Source of the DNA: Actinomycetales bacterium | GTDB lineage: Bacteria; Actinomycetota; Actinomycetes; Actinomycetales; Dermatophilaceae | Assembly (NCBI GenBank): GCA_016710645.1 | Contig: JADJVI010000056.1 | Coordinates: 1,388 to 65,387, forward strand | DNA: 64,000 nt | Reading direction: 5' to 3' | Shown here: positions 45,669 through 55,867 of the stretch, in pieces | How positions within the stretch are numbered: the first letter of the stretch is position 1 | How the letters are laid out: each line of letters opens with the position of its first letter | Notes under the pieces: model-generated | The model's database searches: none | Told to the model about the DNA's origin: nothing | What the model saw: only the letters and a program-made list of their open reading frames with translations | Made by a program: the position numbers and the translations under genes

Positions 45669-47414
45669 ATGACGCCCTTCCCCCCGTTCGACCGCACCCA
45701 CCTCCCCGCCGACCGGACGCTGGACCCGACGCAGGACCCGACGCAGGACCCGACGCAGGACCGGAAGCAAGACCGGGCCCAGGATTCAGCCGCCCATGAG
45801 CGAGCAGCCCAATTCCAGGCTGCGCGGCAGCGCGAGTTCGCCACGACGCCGCCGATCGTCGTCGACCCGGGCACGGCCGCTCGATATGGCGCGCGCGTCC
45901 TGGACCCCGTCACCGCGATGCGCCTCCCAGGGGGCGGCGCACCGTCGCCGACGGTCTACGTGGGCGAGCGGCTGCTGGCTCAGAGCAACCTGAGGATGAC
46001 CGCGCCCGGCGACGCGGTGGACGAGCTGTCTCAGGTCGCCGCCAAGCTGGGCGTCACCCTCGAGCCGGTCGGCGCCCCTCCCCCGACCGACAAGGACCTC
46101 GGCGACGCCCAATCACCCGTCGCCGAGCTCATCGCCCGCCACTGGGTGCAGGGCGTGCAGATCAAGCCCACCGCAGAGAACGCCTCCTTCGCCGTCGATG
46201 CCTGGCCGGTGCTGCGCGGCCTGCAGGACAACTCGCGCGACGCGGCCAAGCCGCTCGCCCTCGACCACCTGCTCACCACCGCCCCTTACTGGGCGGGCAC
46301 CCCCTATTGGGCCGGGACCCCCTACTGGGCGGGCACTCCCTACTGGGCGGGCACGCCCTATTGGGCCGGCACCGGCGCGGGCGCGGCGGAATACGCCTAC
46401 CCCGGATCCGGCGGGCGTGCACCCGTGCACGTCGTCCTGCCCGACCCCGCACTCAGGGCGCGCAAGGTCGACCGGCGCCCCGTCGTCGCCGTCCCCGACA
46501 CCGGGCTCGGCGCCCACCCATGGTTCGAACCAGGCGGCAGCGCGACCGCGGAGGTGACCTTCAACGGCATACTCCTGGGCATCCACGGGCCGGCGGGCGT
46601 CGACTACCCCGCGAACCCGACCAACCCCCTCGACCCGGTCATCCGGCCCGACACCGGCCACGGCACCTTCATCTCGGGGCTGATCCGCCAGCTCTGCCCC
46701 GAGGCCGACATCCTCGCGATCCCGGTCATGCACGACGACGGTGTGGTGCCCGAGAGCGTCCTCATGAACACCCTCACGCTGCTGCTCGCCCGCCACCTCG
46801 AAGCTCTGCTCACCGGCAACCCCGACGGGCTCATCGACGTGCTGTCGCTCTCGCTCGGCTACTACCACGAGAACCCCGGCGACCAACTGACCGACGCCCC
46901 GCTCGGCGCCCTGCTGCGCGACTTCGGGCGGCTCGGGGTCGCGGTGGTCTGCGCGGCGGGCAATGCGACGACGATCGCCCCGATGTACCCCGCGGCGTTC
47001 GCCTCCCAAGTCACCGGCTTCGCACCCGACCAGGCCCCGCTGGCCAGCGTCGGCGCGTTCAATCCGGACGGCTCCACGGTCGCCTACTTCTCCAACGCCG
47101 GCACCTGGGTCTCCACCCACCGCCCGGGCAGTTCGCTGGTCAGCACCTTCCCGACCGACGTCACCGCCGCGGCGCAGGCCTCGGAACGGATCGAGTATGC
47201 CGGCCGCCCCCGGTCCACCCCGGACCCGGACGACTACACGAGCGGGTTCTGCACGTGGAGTGGCACGTCGTTCGCCGCGCCGGTCCTCGCGGGCCAGATC
47301 GCGGCAGCGCTCGCCGCGGATCCCGCCATCGGCAAGGTCGATAGGGACGCCGCGGTCGCCCGCGCCCGGGCCGCGATGGCGGCGACGATCGCGGAATGGC
47401 AGGGCCAGCTATGA
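45669..47414 (+). CDS. S8 (subtilisin-like) serine peptidase without signal peptide; N-terminal DPTQ x3 and PYWAGT x5 repeats
   Basis: Track ORF 45657..47414 starts at a GTG; the ATG at 45669 has AGGA upstream. Catalytic triad contexts VAVPDTG, DTGHGTF, WSGTSFAAP. No hydrophobic N-terminus. Confidence 0.85.
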   Translation: MTPFPPFDRTHLPADRTLDPTQDPTQDPTQDRKQDRAQDSAAHERAAQFQAARQREFATTPPIVVDPGTAARYGARVLDPVTAMRLPGGGAPSPTVYVGERLLAQSNLRMTAPGDAVDELSQVAAKLGVTLEPVGAPPPTDKDLGDAQSPVAELIARHWVQGVQIKPTAENASFAVDAWPVLRGLQDNSRDAAKPLALDHLLTTAPYWAGTPYWAGTPYWAGTPYWAGTPYWAGTGAGAAEYAYPGSGGRAPVHVVLPDPALRARKVDRRPVVAVPDTGLGAHPWFEPGGSATAEVTFNGILLGIHGPAGVDYPANPTNPLDPVIRPDTGHGTFISGLIRQLCPEADILAIPVMHDDGVVPESVLMNTLTLLLARHLEALLTGNPDGLIDVLSLSLGYYHENPGDQLTDAPLGALLRDFGRLGVAVVCAAGNATTIAPMYPAAFASQVTGFAPDQAPLASVGAFNPDGSTVAYFSNAGTWVSTHRPGSSLVSTFPTDVTAAAQASERIEYAGRPRSTPDPDDYTSGFCTWSGTSFAAPVLAGQIAAALAADPAIGKVDRDAAVARARAAMAATIAEWQGQL

Positions 47415-48049
47415 GCATCGACTCCCCCACAGCCGGTATGCCGTCGGCCGACGCCGCGCCGACGCTCACCCGGCGCGCGGCCTTGGCGTTCACGGCATAC
47501 CAGGCCGGAGATCGTGACCGGATGAGCGAACTCGTGGACCTGCTCACCCCCGTCCTCTGGCACACCGCGCGCGGGCAGCGCCTCGACACCGCTACCGCCG
47601 AGGACGTCGTGCAGACCGCGTGGATCCGCCTGGTCGAACACGCCGACGCCATCCAGGACCCGCAAGCCGTGCTCGGCTGGCTGGTGACGACCGTGCGCCG
47701 GGAGGCGTGGCGGCTGCTGCGGCAGTCCGGCCGCGCGGTGCCGACCGACGAAGTGCCCGAGGAGTCGGCGGGAGCCCCGGTCGCGCCCTCGGGTGACGGC
47801 AGCACGATCGACCCGGCGCTGGTGGCGGTCCTGCACGAGGGCCAGCAGCAGCTCTGGCACCACGTCACCTCGCTGCCGCAGCGCTGCCAGGCGCTCTTGC
47901 GAGTCATCGCCTTCGTCGACCGCCCGGACTACGCCGCGCTCTCAGAAGCGCTCGGTATGCCGGTCGGCTCGATCGGTCCCACCCGCGGCCGCTGCCTGGC
48001 CAAGCTGCGTGCAGCCCTGCTCGCCGACCCCACCTGGAGCGCGTCATGA
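47411..48049 (+). CDS. ECF-type sigma-70 family RNA polymerase sigma factor
   Basis: ORF 47396..48049 trimmed to the MSIDSP ATG, which overlaps the S8 stop (ATGA). Region 2 AEDVVQTAWIRLV...VRREAWR; region 4 DYAALSEALGMPVGSIGPTRGRCLAKLR. Confidence 0.85.
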   Translation: MSIDSPTAGMPSADAAPTLTRRAALAFTAYQAGDRDRMSELVDLLTPVLWHTARGQRLDTATAEDVVQTAWIRLVEHADAIQDPQAVLGWLVTTVRREAWRLLRQSGRAVPTDEVPEESAGAPVAPSGDGSTIDPALVAVLHEGQQQLWHHVTSLPQRCQALLRVIAFVDRPDYAALSEALGMPVGSIGPTRGRCLAKLRAALLADPTWSAS

Positions 48050-48558
48050 CCCCCGACGAGTCGACCCTGGCCTCCGAGCCGCTCGACACCCTCGATGAGC
48101 AGGTGCTGCTCACGGTGCGCAATATGCACGCGCGCCTCGACCCGGTGCCCAGCGGACTCACCGACCGGATCAAGTTCGAGCTGACCCTGGCGGCTTTGCA
48201 CGCCGAGATCGCCGAGCTGCAGCGGGTGTCGCTCGCGGGAGTGCGGGCCGACGACACGGCATACGCGCCCACGCAGTCGGTGACTTTCACCAGCAGCCGG
48301 CTCAGCCTCATGGTGACGCTCACGGCACCGACCGACGACCCCGACCAGGCTCGCGAGGGCACCATCACCGTCGACGGGTGGGTCACCGTCGGCGGCACGG
48401 TCGTCGAGCTGCGCGTCGGCAACCTCAGCCTGACCGTCACGGCTGACGAACACGGTCGCTTCGTCATCGAGGACGTGCCGCACGGCCCGGGCCGGTTCGT
48501 GCTGCACCCGCCCGGCGAGGGCGAGCGTCCGATCATCACCCCCACCGTGGAGCTGTAG
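48046..48558 (+). CDS. hypothetical soluble protein, candidate anti-sigma/adaptor (C-terminal beta-sandwich-like GRFVIEDVPHGPGRFVL)
   Basis: 170 aa. ATGA overlap with the sigma gene. No TM and no zf-HC2 motif. Confidence 0.5.
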   Translation: MTPDESTLASEPLDTLDEQVLLTVRNMHARLDPVPSGLTDRIKFELTLAALHAEIAELQRVSLAGVRADDTAYAPTQSVTFTSSRLSLMVTLTAPTDDPDQAREGTITVDGWVTVGGTVVELRVGNLSLTVTADEHGRFVIEDVPHGPGRFVLHPPGEGERPIITPTVEL

Positions 48559-48571
48559 CGAGCGCAATGGC

Positions 48572-51301
48572 ATGAGTCGGGGACAGCGGGGCACCGACCT
48601 GGACGACACGCTCGACCAGGTCGATGCTCTGTATGCCCAAGCTCAGGAGGCCATTGGGGCATACAGCCCCGAGACGGCAGCCGGGCTGCTCGACCGCGCC
48701 GATGCCGTCCTGGCCGCCAGCCTCGGCGACGACGCGACGCCGCGGGCCCGCGAATTGCGCGCGCGGATCCTGCTCACCCGCAGCTGGACAGCCTTCGAAC
48801 TGCACGGGCAGGCGGTCGGACTCGACGCCCTCGACGTCGCCATCGCCGAAGCCACCGCAATCGAACGACTCGACCTGCTCGCCCTGTGTCATATGCAGGC
48901 TGCCGCGATGTTGGGGCGTAGTGGTGACCTCACCGGCTCGCTCGCGTGGATGACGCGCGCCGCCGCCCATGCCGGGTTGCTGCCGTTGCGCGACCAGGCC
49001 CGCCTGTCGCTCAATCGCGGCACGCTGGCTTCGCGGCTCATGGAGTTGGGCACCGCCGACGCCGAGCTCGAGCGGGCGGCCACCCTCGCCCGGTCGGTCG
49101 GCGAGCCCGTTTACGAGTTCATGGCGCTGCACAACCGCGGCTATGTGCAGTACCTCCGGGGCGACCTCCCCGCGGCCTTGGCGCTGATGACCCGGGCCGA
49201 CGCCATGACCGTCGAGGTCAACCGCAGCATCTCCGAACTCGACCGCGCCAGAGTCCTCCTGGAAGCCGGCCTGCACGACGACGCCGCCCACTCGCTGCGC
49301 CGGGCCCACGACCTCGCGCTCGCCGAGGCCACCGGTCAGGACCTGGCCGAGATCGAACTCGACCAGGCCCGCACCGCCCTCCTGCTCGGAGATGCCGAAC
49401 GCGCCGCACAGGCCGCGGCCCTCGCGCGTCGGCACTTCCGGGAGCGCGCCGCGGGTCCGTGGCGGCGGCAGGCTCACCTCGTCGAGCTGGAAGCGAGGGC
49501 GTATGCCGGTCGCACGCCGCTCGCAACCGTCCGGCTGGCCGAGGGGCTGGCTCAGATCGCCGCCCACCACGGCGAGCACGACGTGGCAGTGCGTGCCCAG
49601 CTCCTCGTCGCCGACGTGCTGAGCCACGCCACGGCCCTCTCGGGAGCGGCGGACGAGGTCGGCGACGGTGAGCGAGAACGGGCCCAGACGGCATACCGGG
49701 CGGCAAGCCCGCTGCGACGGTCGGCGTCCCTCGCCACGCGATTGCACGTGCGCTACGTCGGCGCCCGGCTCGCCCTGCCCCGTGACCCCCACCGCGCCTC
49801 GCGGCTGCTGCGGAACGCTGCGGAAGACCTCGCCGCCGCCACGGCCCGCGCGTCCAGCCTCGACCTGCGCACGGCCCTGGCGGTCCACAGCGGGCGGCTT
49901 TCCGAACTCGACCTCGACCTAGCGATGGCGACCGGGGCTGCAGCGTCGGTCTTCGCCCGCACCGAGCGCTGGCGAGCCGTGTCCGAACGTGTCCCCCTCG
50001 TGCGCCCACCCCGCGATCCCCGAGCGGCGGCCCTGCTCACCCAACTGCGCAAGGTCCGCGAGGACCTGCGAGGAGCCCCGCCGCAGGCCCGCCCGACGTT
50101 GCGCGGCCAGGCTGCGGATCTCGAGCGACACCTGAGAGCGCTGGACTGGTCGGGTTCGTCTGCTGGTTCGGCTGCCGCCGCCGACACTGGGGCCACCGAA
50201 GGCGAGTGGGTCGTCACCTCCGCCGACGTCTCGACCTCCGGGTCGACCGCTGAGTCGACGACGACCGGCCGGGTGCTGCCGGTCAGCCATAGCGCCGCGC
50301 TGCAAGCCGTGCGCGAGCGCAAGGCGACGGTGGTCAGCTACTTCCTGCACCGGCATACCCTCTGCGCTTTGGTCCTCACCCCGCGCGGTTCGGCCGTGCT
50401 GCGGTTGGCCGACCGCGACACCGTCGCCGCGGCCACCCGCCGCGTCATCGCCGACGCCGAAGCCCTCGCCCTGCCGACCGCAGGCCCCATGCGCGCCGTG
50501 GTCGAGGGTTCGCTCCGCGAGAGTCTCGCGACGCTGGAACGGCTGGTCCTCGGCCCGATCGACGCCGACCGGCTCGTCGTCGTGCCGAACCGGCTGCTCA
50601 GTTCGCTGCCCTGGGGGATGCTGCCCAGCCGCCACGGCCGCCCAACAACCGTCGCACGCACGGTCACCCGCTGGGCTACGACGCCGCCGAGCCCGACCAC
50701 CGCGACGCAGACGACAACGACGACGACCAGGTATGCCGTGCGGCCGGGTCCGCTGCGCGTCACCGCGATCGCCGGGCCCGACCTTGAGCACGCCGACACC
50801 GAAGTCGAGCAGGTGGCCGCCATCTGGGGAGGCGAAGCCGTGCCGACGGCCGCCTCGAACGAACGCGCCCTCGACTCAGCCCTGCACTCCAGCGATCTGG
50901 TCCACCTGGCGGCACATGGGCGGCATCAGCGACAGAGCCCGCTCTTTTCGAGCGTTCGGCTGGGCGATGGGCCGGTCTTCGCCCACGAGCTGTCCGGGCC
51001 GCTCGCGACGACCCACGTCGTGCTCTCGGCGTGCGAGGTCGGCCGGGCGACGCCCCGCGCCGGCGACGAGGCCCTCGGGCTCACGGCCGCCCTGCTGGGC
51101 CTCGGGGTGCATACCGTCGTCGCGGCGACCACGCGCATCCCGGACGAGGTCGCGGCAGCCGCCATGACGGCATACCACCGGCAGTTGCGTTCTGGCCTGG
51201 ACGCAGCGGCCGCCCTCGCGGCCGCAGTTGAGCCCCTGCCGCTGGTAGCGCGGGCGTTCACCGTGTTCGGCACCGATTGGGCCGCGCCCGTCAGCCTTTA
51301 G
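48572..51301 (+). CDS. TPR-repeat + CHAT (caspase-like) protease domain protein
   Basis: 909 aa. The N-terminal ~450 aa are helical repeats. C-terminal CHAT with His in VHLAAHG and Cys in VVLSACEVG. Confidence 0.85.
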   Translation: MSRGQRGTDLDDTLDQVDALYAQAQEAIGAYSPETAAGLLDRADAVLAASLGDDATPRARELRARILLTRSWTAFELHGQAVGLDALDVAIAEATAIERLDLLALCHMQAAAMLGRSGDLTGSLAWMTRAAAHAGLLPLRDQARLSLNRGTLASRLMELGTADAELERAATLARSVGEPVYEFMALHNRGYVQYLRGDLPAALALMTRADAMTVEVNRSISELDRARVLLEAGLHDDAAHSLRRAHDLALAEATGQDLAEIELDQARTALLLGDAERAAQAAALARRHFRERAAGPWRRQAHLVELEARAYAGRTPLATVRLAEGLAQIAAHHGEHDVAVRAQLLVADVLSHATALSGAADEVGDGERERAQTAYRAASPLRRSASLATRLHVRYVGARLALPRDPHRASRLLRNAAEDLAAATARASSLDLRTALAVHSGRLSELDLDLAMATGAAASVFARTERWRAVSERVPLVRPPRDPRAAALLTQLRKVREDLRGAPPQARPTLRGQAADLERHLRALDWSGSSAGSAAAADTGATEGEWVVTSADVSTSGSTAESTTTGRVLPVSHSAALQAVRERKATVVSYFLHRHTLCALVLTPRGSAVLRLADRDTVAAATRRVIADAEALALPTAGPMRAVVEGSLRESLATLERLVLGPIDADRLVVVPNRLLSSLPWGMLPSRHGRPTTVARTVTRWATTPPSPTTATQTTTTTTRYAVRPGPLRVTAIAGPDLEHADTEVEQVAAIWGGEAVPTAASNERALDSALHSSDLVHLAAHGRHQRQSPLFSSVRLGDGPVFAHELSGPLATTHVVLSACEVGRATPRAGDEALGLTAALLGLGVHTVVAATTRIPDEVAAAAMTAYHRQLRSGLDAAAALAAAVEPLPLVARAFTVFGTDWAAPVSL

Positions 51302-51960
51302 ATCCAGATGGCCGGGTGGTAGTCGAGCAATTCCTCGGGCGTAAGGCCCTCGACCTTGTGGCGCAGCTGGGCCGGGATGCCGACCGCGACCGCGCCCGCG
51401 GGCACGTCCTTGACGACGACCGAGTTGGCGCCGACCTGAGCGTCGTCACCGACCGTGATCGGGCCGAGGATCTTGGCGCCGGCGCCGACGGTCACCCGAT
51501 TGCCGAGGGTGGGGTGGCGCTTGGTCTTGGCCAGCGAACGCCCACCCAGCGTGACCCCGTGGTAGAGCATGACGTCGTCGCCGATCTCGGCGGTCTCGCC
51601 GATGACGACCCCCATCCCGTGATCGATGAAGAAGCGCTGCCCGATCGTCGCGCCCGGGTGGATCTCGACGCCGGTCGCCGCGCGCACCACCTGAGAGATG
51701 AGGCGGGCGAGCAGTTTGCCGCCGGGACGCGCCCAGATGCGGTGCGCCACCCGGTAGGCCCAGATCGCGTGCAGCCCCGAGCTGGCCAGGAACATCTCCA
51801 CCCGCGAGTGCGCGGCGGGGTCGCGGCCCATCGCGGCGTCGATGTCCTCGCGGACATGCCGGTATGCCGCCGCGAGCTGCCGCATGACCCCTGGCCGGGC
51901 GGCGGGGGCGTGCGTCTTGGCTGGGCCCGACTGCAGCGCAGCGGGAGCGATCCAAGCCAT
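51298..51960 (-). CDS. cysE: serine O-acetyltransferase
   Basis: Hexapeptide-repeat C-terminus ([31 protein letters not shown]...[22 protein letters not shown]). The stop overlaps the convergent CHAT stop by 4 nt. An alternative start is at 51885. Confidence 0.85.
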   Translation of the reverse strand: MAWIAPAALQSGPAKTHAPAARPGVMRQLAAAYRHVREDIDAAMGRDPAAHSRVEMFLASSGLHAIWAYRVAHRIWARPGGKLLARLISQVVRAATGVEIHPGATIGQRFFIDHGMGVVIGETAEIGDDVMLYHGVTLGGRSLAKTKRHPTLGNRVTVGAGAKILGPITVGDDAQVGANSVVVKDVPAGAVAVGIPAQLRHKVEGLTPEELLDYHPAIWI

Positions 51961-52029
51961 CGGATTCCTTCTCTCAGAAGCCGATTCGTCCAGGCGGGCG
52001 AGTCGGGTACCTCACCGGTGTTGCGGGAT

Positions 52030-52073
52030 CCGGTATGCCGTGCGGCTGGGAGGTGCGGTGCACGGCATACCGG
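52030..52073 (-). terminator. 14-bp hairpin from an inverted motif pair between cysK and cysE
   Basis: CCGGTATGCCGTGC-16 nt-GCACGGCATACCGG. Confidence 0.5.
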
Positions 52074-52122
52074 GCCGTTGGTTTGGGTGGTTTGGTGCTG
52101 GTGCGGGGCGGCTTGAGCGCCG

Positions 52123-53055
52123 TCAGTCGACCAGGCCCTCGAAGAGCACCGTCGAGAGGTAGCGCTCGCCGAAGCTCGGGATGACGACGACGATGAGCTT
52201 GCCGGCGTTCTCGGGGCGGACGGCGACCTGGCCGGCGGCGGCGAGGGCGGCGCCGGAGGAGATGCCGACGAGCAGGCCCTCCTCGGTGGCCGCGCGGCGG
52301 GCGAACTGCACCGCGGTGCCGGCGTCGATGTCGAGCACCTCGTCGTAGACGGTGGTGTCGAGGATCTCCGGGACGAAGTTGGCGCCGAGGCCCTGGATCT
52401 TGTGCGGGCCGGGCTGGCCGCCGTTGAGGATCGGGGACTCGGCGGGCTCGACGGCGACAATCTGGACGCCGGGCTTGCGCTCCTTGAGCACCTGGCCGAC
52501 GCCGGTGATGGTGCCGCCGGTGCCGATGCCCGAGACGACGATGTCGACCGCGCCGTCCGTGTCGCGCCAGATCTCCTCGGCCGTGGTGCGACGGTGAATC
52601 TCAGGGTTGGCGGCGTTGGCGAACTGGCGAGCCAGCACAGCGCCCGGGCGCTCGGCGACGATCTCGTTGGCCCGGTCGACGGCGCCCTTCATGCCCTTGG
52701 ACGGGTCGGTGAGGATGAGCTCGGCGCCGAAGGCCCGCAGCAGCGCGCGGCGCTCCTTGGACATCGACTCGGGCATCGTGAGCACGACGTTGTAGCCGCG
52801 CGCCGCGCCGACCATCGCCAGGGCGATGCCGGTGTTGCCCGAGGTGGCCTCGACGATGGTGCCGCCCTTGGGCAGCTCACCGGAGGCCTCAGCCGCGTCG
52901 ATGATGGCGACGCCGATGCGGTCCTTGACGGAGTTGGCCGGGTTGTAGAACTCGAGCTTGGCCACGACGGTGGCGACCGCATCCGGGAAGAGGCGGTTGA
53001 TCCGGACCAGCGGGGTGTTGCCGACGAGGGCGGTGACGTCGTCGTAGATGGGCAT
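52123..53055 (-). CDS. cysK: cysteine synthase A (O-acetylserine sulfhydrylase)
   Basis: ORF 52123..53109 trimmed to [20 protein letters not shown]-lysine context [29 protein letters not shown]. Confidence 0.95.
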   Translation of the reverse strand: MPIYDDVTALVGNTPLVRINRLFPDAVATVVAKLEFYNPANSVKDRIGVAIIDAAEASGELPKGGTIVEATSGNTGIALAMVGAARGYNVVLTMPESMSKERRALLRAFGAELILTDPSKGMKGAVDRANEIVAERPGAVLARQFANAANPEIHRRTTAEEIWRDTDGAVDIVVSGIGTGGTITGVGQVLKERKPGVQIVAVEPAESPILNGGQPGPHKIQGLGANFVPEILDTTVYDEVLDIDAGTAVQFARRAATEEGLLVGISSGAALAAAGQVAVRPENAGKLIVVVIPSFGERYLSTVLFEGLVD

Positions 53056-53345
53056 CGCTTCGTGTTCTCCGTCGTGTGGGGTGTGTCGGGCAGCTGTCAT
53101 GCCGCGCAACCGAGATGGCGTTATAGATATTCCAACGGTCAGTTATCGTACCCGCGGCCGGGGGCGGCGCCCGACGGGGTCTGCGGAGTGGGACGGCATG
53201 CGCTGCTCGGTATGCCGTGGGGCTGGGTTCTGGTGATGCCGGCCGCGGTGGTGAGCGGCACGGCATACCTGGCTTGCCCCTCTGGTTTGTCGCCGTTGCG
53301 CGGGGAACGGTTGGTGTCGTTGTCACCATCTGAGAGGCTGACGCC

Positions 53346-53693
53346 ATGATCGGATTCGTTGCAGGGGCTGCCGTCGGCTATGTCTTGGGCACGCGCGCGG
53401 GACGACAGCGCTACGAGCAGATCAAGGCGGGCGCGCACCGGCTCTGGACCTCCGACCCGGTGCAGAACAAGCTCGACCAGGCCGGCCACGCCGTGAAGAC
53501 CCAGGCGCTGCCGTTCGTCGCCGACAAGGTGGGCGATGCCGTCAAGGCGGCCGGGCAGGCCGTCAAGGAGAAGGCTTCTGCGGCGCCGGTGCCTGCCAAA
53601 CTGCGCCGCGGCAGTGACGGCTCGGTGGTCGCCGAGGTCACGACGGCGCCTCACCCTGCGACATCGTCCGGTGAGGAGTCGCCCACCCGCTAG
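53346..53693 (+). CDS. YtxH-like small stress protein
   Basis: N-terminal hydrophobic MIGFVAGAAVGYVLGTRAGR, then a Lys/Ala-rich helical region. Confidence 0.6.
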   Translation: MIGFVAGAAVGYVLGTRAGRQRYEQIKAGAHRLWTSDPVQNKLDQAGHAVKTQALPFVADKVGDAVKAAGQAVKEKASAAPVPAKLRRGSDGSVVAEVTTAPHPATSSGEESPTR

Positions 53694-53802
53694 AGGTTTC
53701 CGCGAGGCGGGTATGCCGTCCCGCGCTCGCCGCGTCACGGGTTTGGCGCATTTCGCCACACTCACCAGAAAAACCCATCATGCGGCAGCTTTGCCCTTGC
53801 GA

Positions 53803-53818
53803 TAGAACATCTGTACGT
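53803..53818. promoter_or_regulatory. degenerate actinobacterial SOS (LexA) box candidate upstream of the DUF222-HNH gene
   Basis: TAGAACATCTGTACGT versus consensus TCGAAC-N4-GTTCGA (3 mismatches), 15 nt before the ATG at 53833 in a low-GC tract. Confidence 0.3.
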
Positions 53819-53832
53819 CATACACTTGTTCT

Positions 53833-55525
53833 ATGACGACGCTCGCTCTCGACCCGCAACCACTCGGCGGTATGCCGTGTGGTGGTCGGTTGGGTGGCGC
53901 GTCGGAGGGGCCGTCGGTGGCGGGGGTTTCGACCACGGTGGTGCATGCGACCTGCGATCAGATCCTGGCCCGACTGTCGTCTCCTGAGGCCGGTGTGGTC
54001 GTGTCGAGCGTGGACGTGCAGGAAGTGGATCGGCTCGCTCGTCGGGTGGAGGCGGTGCGGTTGGCGTTGGTCGCTGCAGCTGATCGGCAGCAGGTGCATC
54101 GGCGGTGTGGGCATTCCTCGACGTCGGCGTGGGTGGCCAGCGCGACGCGTTCTGGGGGTGCTGCGGCGGCTCGGGATGTGGCATTGGCGACGGCGTTGGC
54201 TGATGGGTTGGACCGCACCCGGGTGGCGTTCGAGGCTGGTGAGGTCTCTCGCTCGAACGCGGGGATCATCGCCAGGACCATGGGCAAGTTGCCCGAGACG
54301 ACCACGGTGGTGGATCGGGAGCGGGTCGAGTCGGCGTTGGTGCGGGATGCTCGCCGGTTGGACCCGGGCCGGTTGGATCGGGCGGCGAAGCTGGCGTTGG
54401 CTGCGGCGGAGAAGTCGGCGGCCGAGGTGGCCGATCACCTTGAGCAACAACTGGTGGATGAGGAGCGTCGGGCCTACCGGTTGGCGACGGTGACCATGCA
54501 GGACCTGGGGGATGGCACGACGAAGTTGGCGGCGACGTTGCCGACGCCAGCCGCGAAGATGTTGGGCAAGGTGTTGCAGTCGATGACCGCGCCTCGGCGT
54601 GACCATCTGCGCAAGGCTGCCGAGAAGGCGTTGGCGGACGGGCAAGCCCCTGCCGGCTGCCTGGACGACGGCTCCGTGGCTGCTGACTTGTTGAGCGCCA
54701 CGGGCACGCACGAGCACCCGTCGTTCGGTGCCGGTTCGCATGGCACGTCTGGCACTGGTGCCCACCCGCAGTTCGGCGCCGGCGTGAGGGGCACGGCCGG
54801 CGCGAAGGGGCGCATGGCAGCCGACGGTCGGGCGCCGTCCGGCACAAGCGCGATGCCTGCCAGCGGCGCCAGCGGACACCGGATCGAGGGTCGGAACGCG
54901 GACTGGGCCGACATTGACTGGGCTCACCGTCGTGGCCGGGCGTTGACCGAGTTGATCGAGCACCTAGACACGGAGAAGCTGACCGGGAAGGTCGCCTCCA
55001 CCGTCATCATCACCATGACCGCTGAGCAAGTGATGGGCGCCGCGAAAGCCGCCAAACTCCAGCAGACCATCCACGAGGCGACCGGGACGCTGATCGACAT
55101 GGCTCCGAGTTCCGGGGCCGCGACCACCGACACCGGGGTGTTGATCTCCACGAGTGCCGCGCGGCGGATCGCCTGCAATGCCGGGATCCTGCCGGTCGTG
55201 TTGGGCGGACCCGGACACGTCCTGGACGTCGGCCGACAAGAACGGTTCTTCACCGAGCACCAACGGACAGCCCTGGCGACGATCTACGAAACCTGCGCGG
55301 CAGAAGACTGCGACCGACCCTACGCATGGTCCGAGTTGCATCACGAGGACCCGTGGTCCAAGGGCGGATTGACCGACCTCGACCGAGCCGATCCCGCTGT
55401 GCGGCTACCACCACCGCAAGATCCACGACCCCGCCTACCACCACGAGATCACCCGAGACGGAGACACGGACGGGCGAGGTCAGGGGCATGGGGCGAAGAG
55501 CGTCCACTTCCAGCTGCGCACCTAG
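53833..55525 (+). pseudogene. DUF222 + HNH endonuclease (13E12-repeat-like family), frameshifted inside the HNH motif
   Basis: ORF 53833..55629 reads ...ELHHEDPWSKGGLTDLDRA, then goes out of frame. Shifting one frame at ~55387-55390 gives IPLCGYHHRKIHDPAYHHEITRDG...VHFQLRT*, the canonical end of this family. Confidence 0.75.
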
Positions 55526-55614
55526 CCACCCAAGGGCGAAGCCCGGCCACTCAGGGGCGGAGACCGTCCACTTCCAGCTGCGCACCTAGCCACCCACGGG
55601 CGAAGTCTGGCCAC
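55501..55614. repeat. 50-bp unit repeated with a 64-bp period at the 3' end of the HNH pseudogene
   Basis: CGTCCACTTCCAGCTGCGCACCTAGCCACCCA(A/C)GGGCGAAG(CC/TC)(C/T)GGCCAC at 55501-55550 and 55565-55614. Confidence 0.7.
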
Positions 55615-55866
55615 CCGGCTTCCGACTAGGCAGAACGTGCACCCCGACTCAAGTTCCGCCTAGCGGCGTGGTCCATGGCACGGCATACCTCGTCCCCTGC
55701 GGCGAGGTAGCGATAGGGGCTGCTACGCGACCCTGCTCACAGCCGAATTCGGCACCTCGCGGGGCACGCGGGCGAGGAACCAGCCGCCGGGCGGCGGCCA
55801 TTCGGCCGGAGCGGCCGAAAATAGCCCTCGACGTGGACCAGGGCGGCGTCGACGCCGAGCTCAGGC
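55611..55866. repeat. diverged (~80% by eye) direct copy of the 56880-57160 segment, including a dead copy of the reductase gene 3' end
   Basis: Shared strings CCGGCTTCCG(AC/GT)TAGGCAGAACGTGC and GGGCGGCGGCCATTCGGCCGGAGCGGCCG…GTAGCCCTCGACGTGGACCAGG. The two copies bracket the GNAT pseudogene. Confidence 0.65.
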
Positions 55867-55867
55867 G

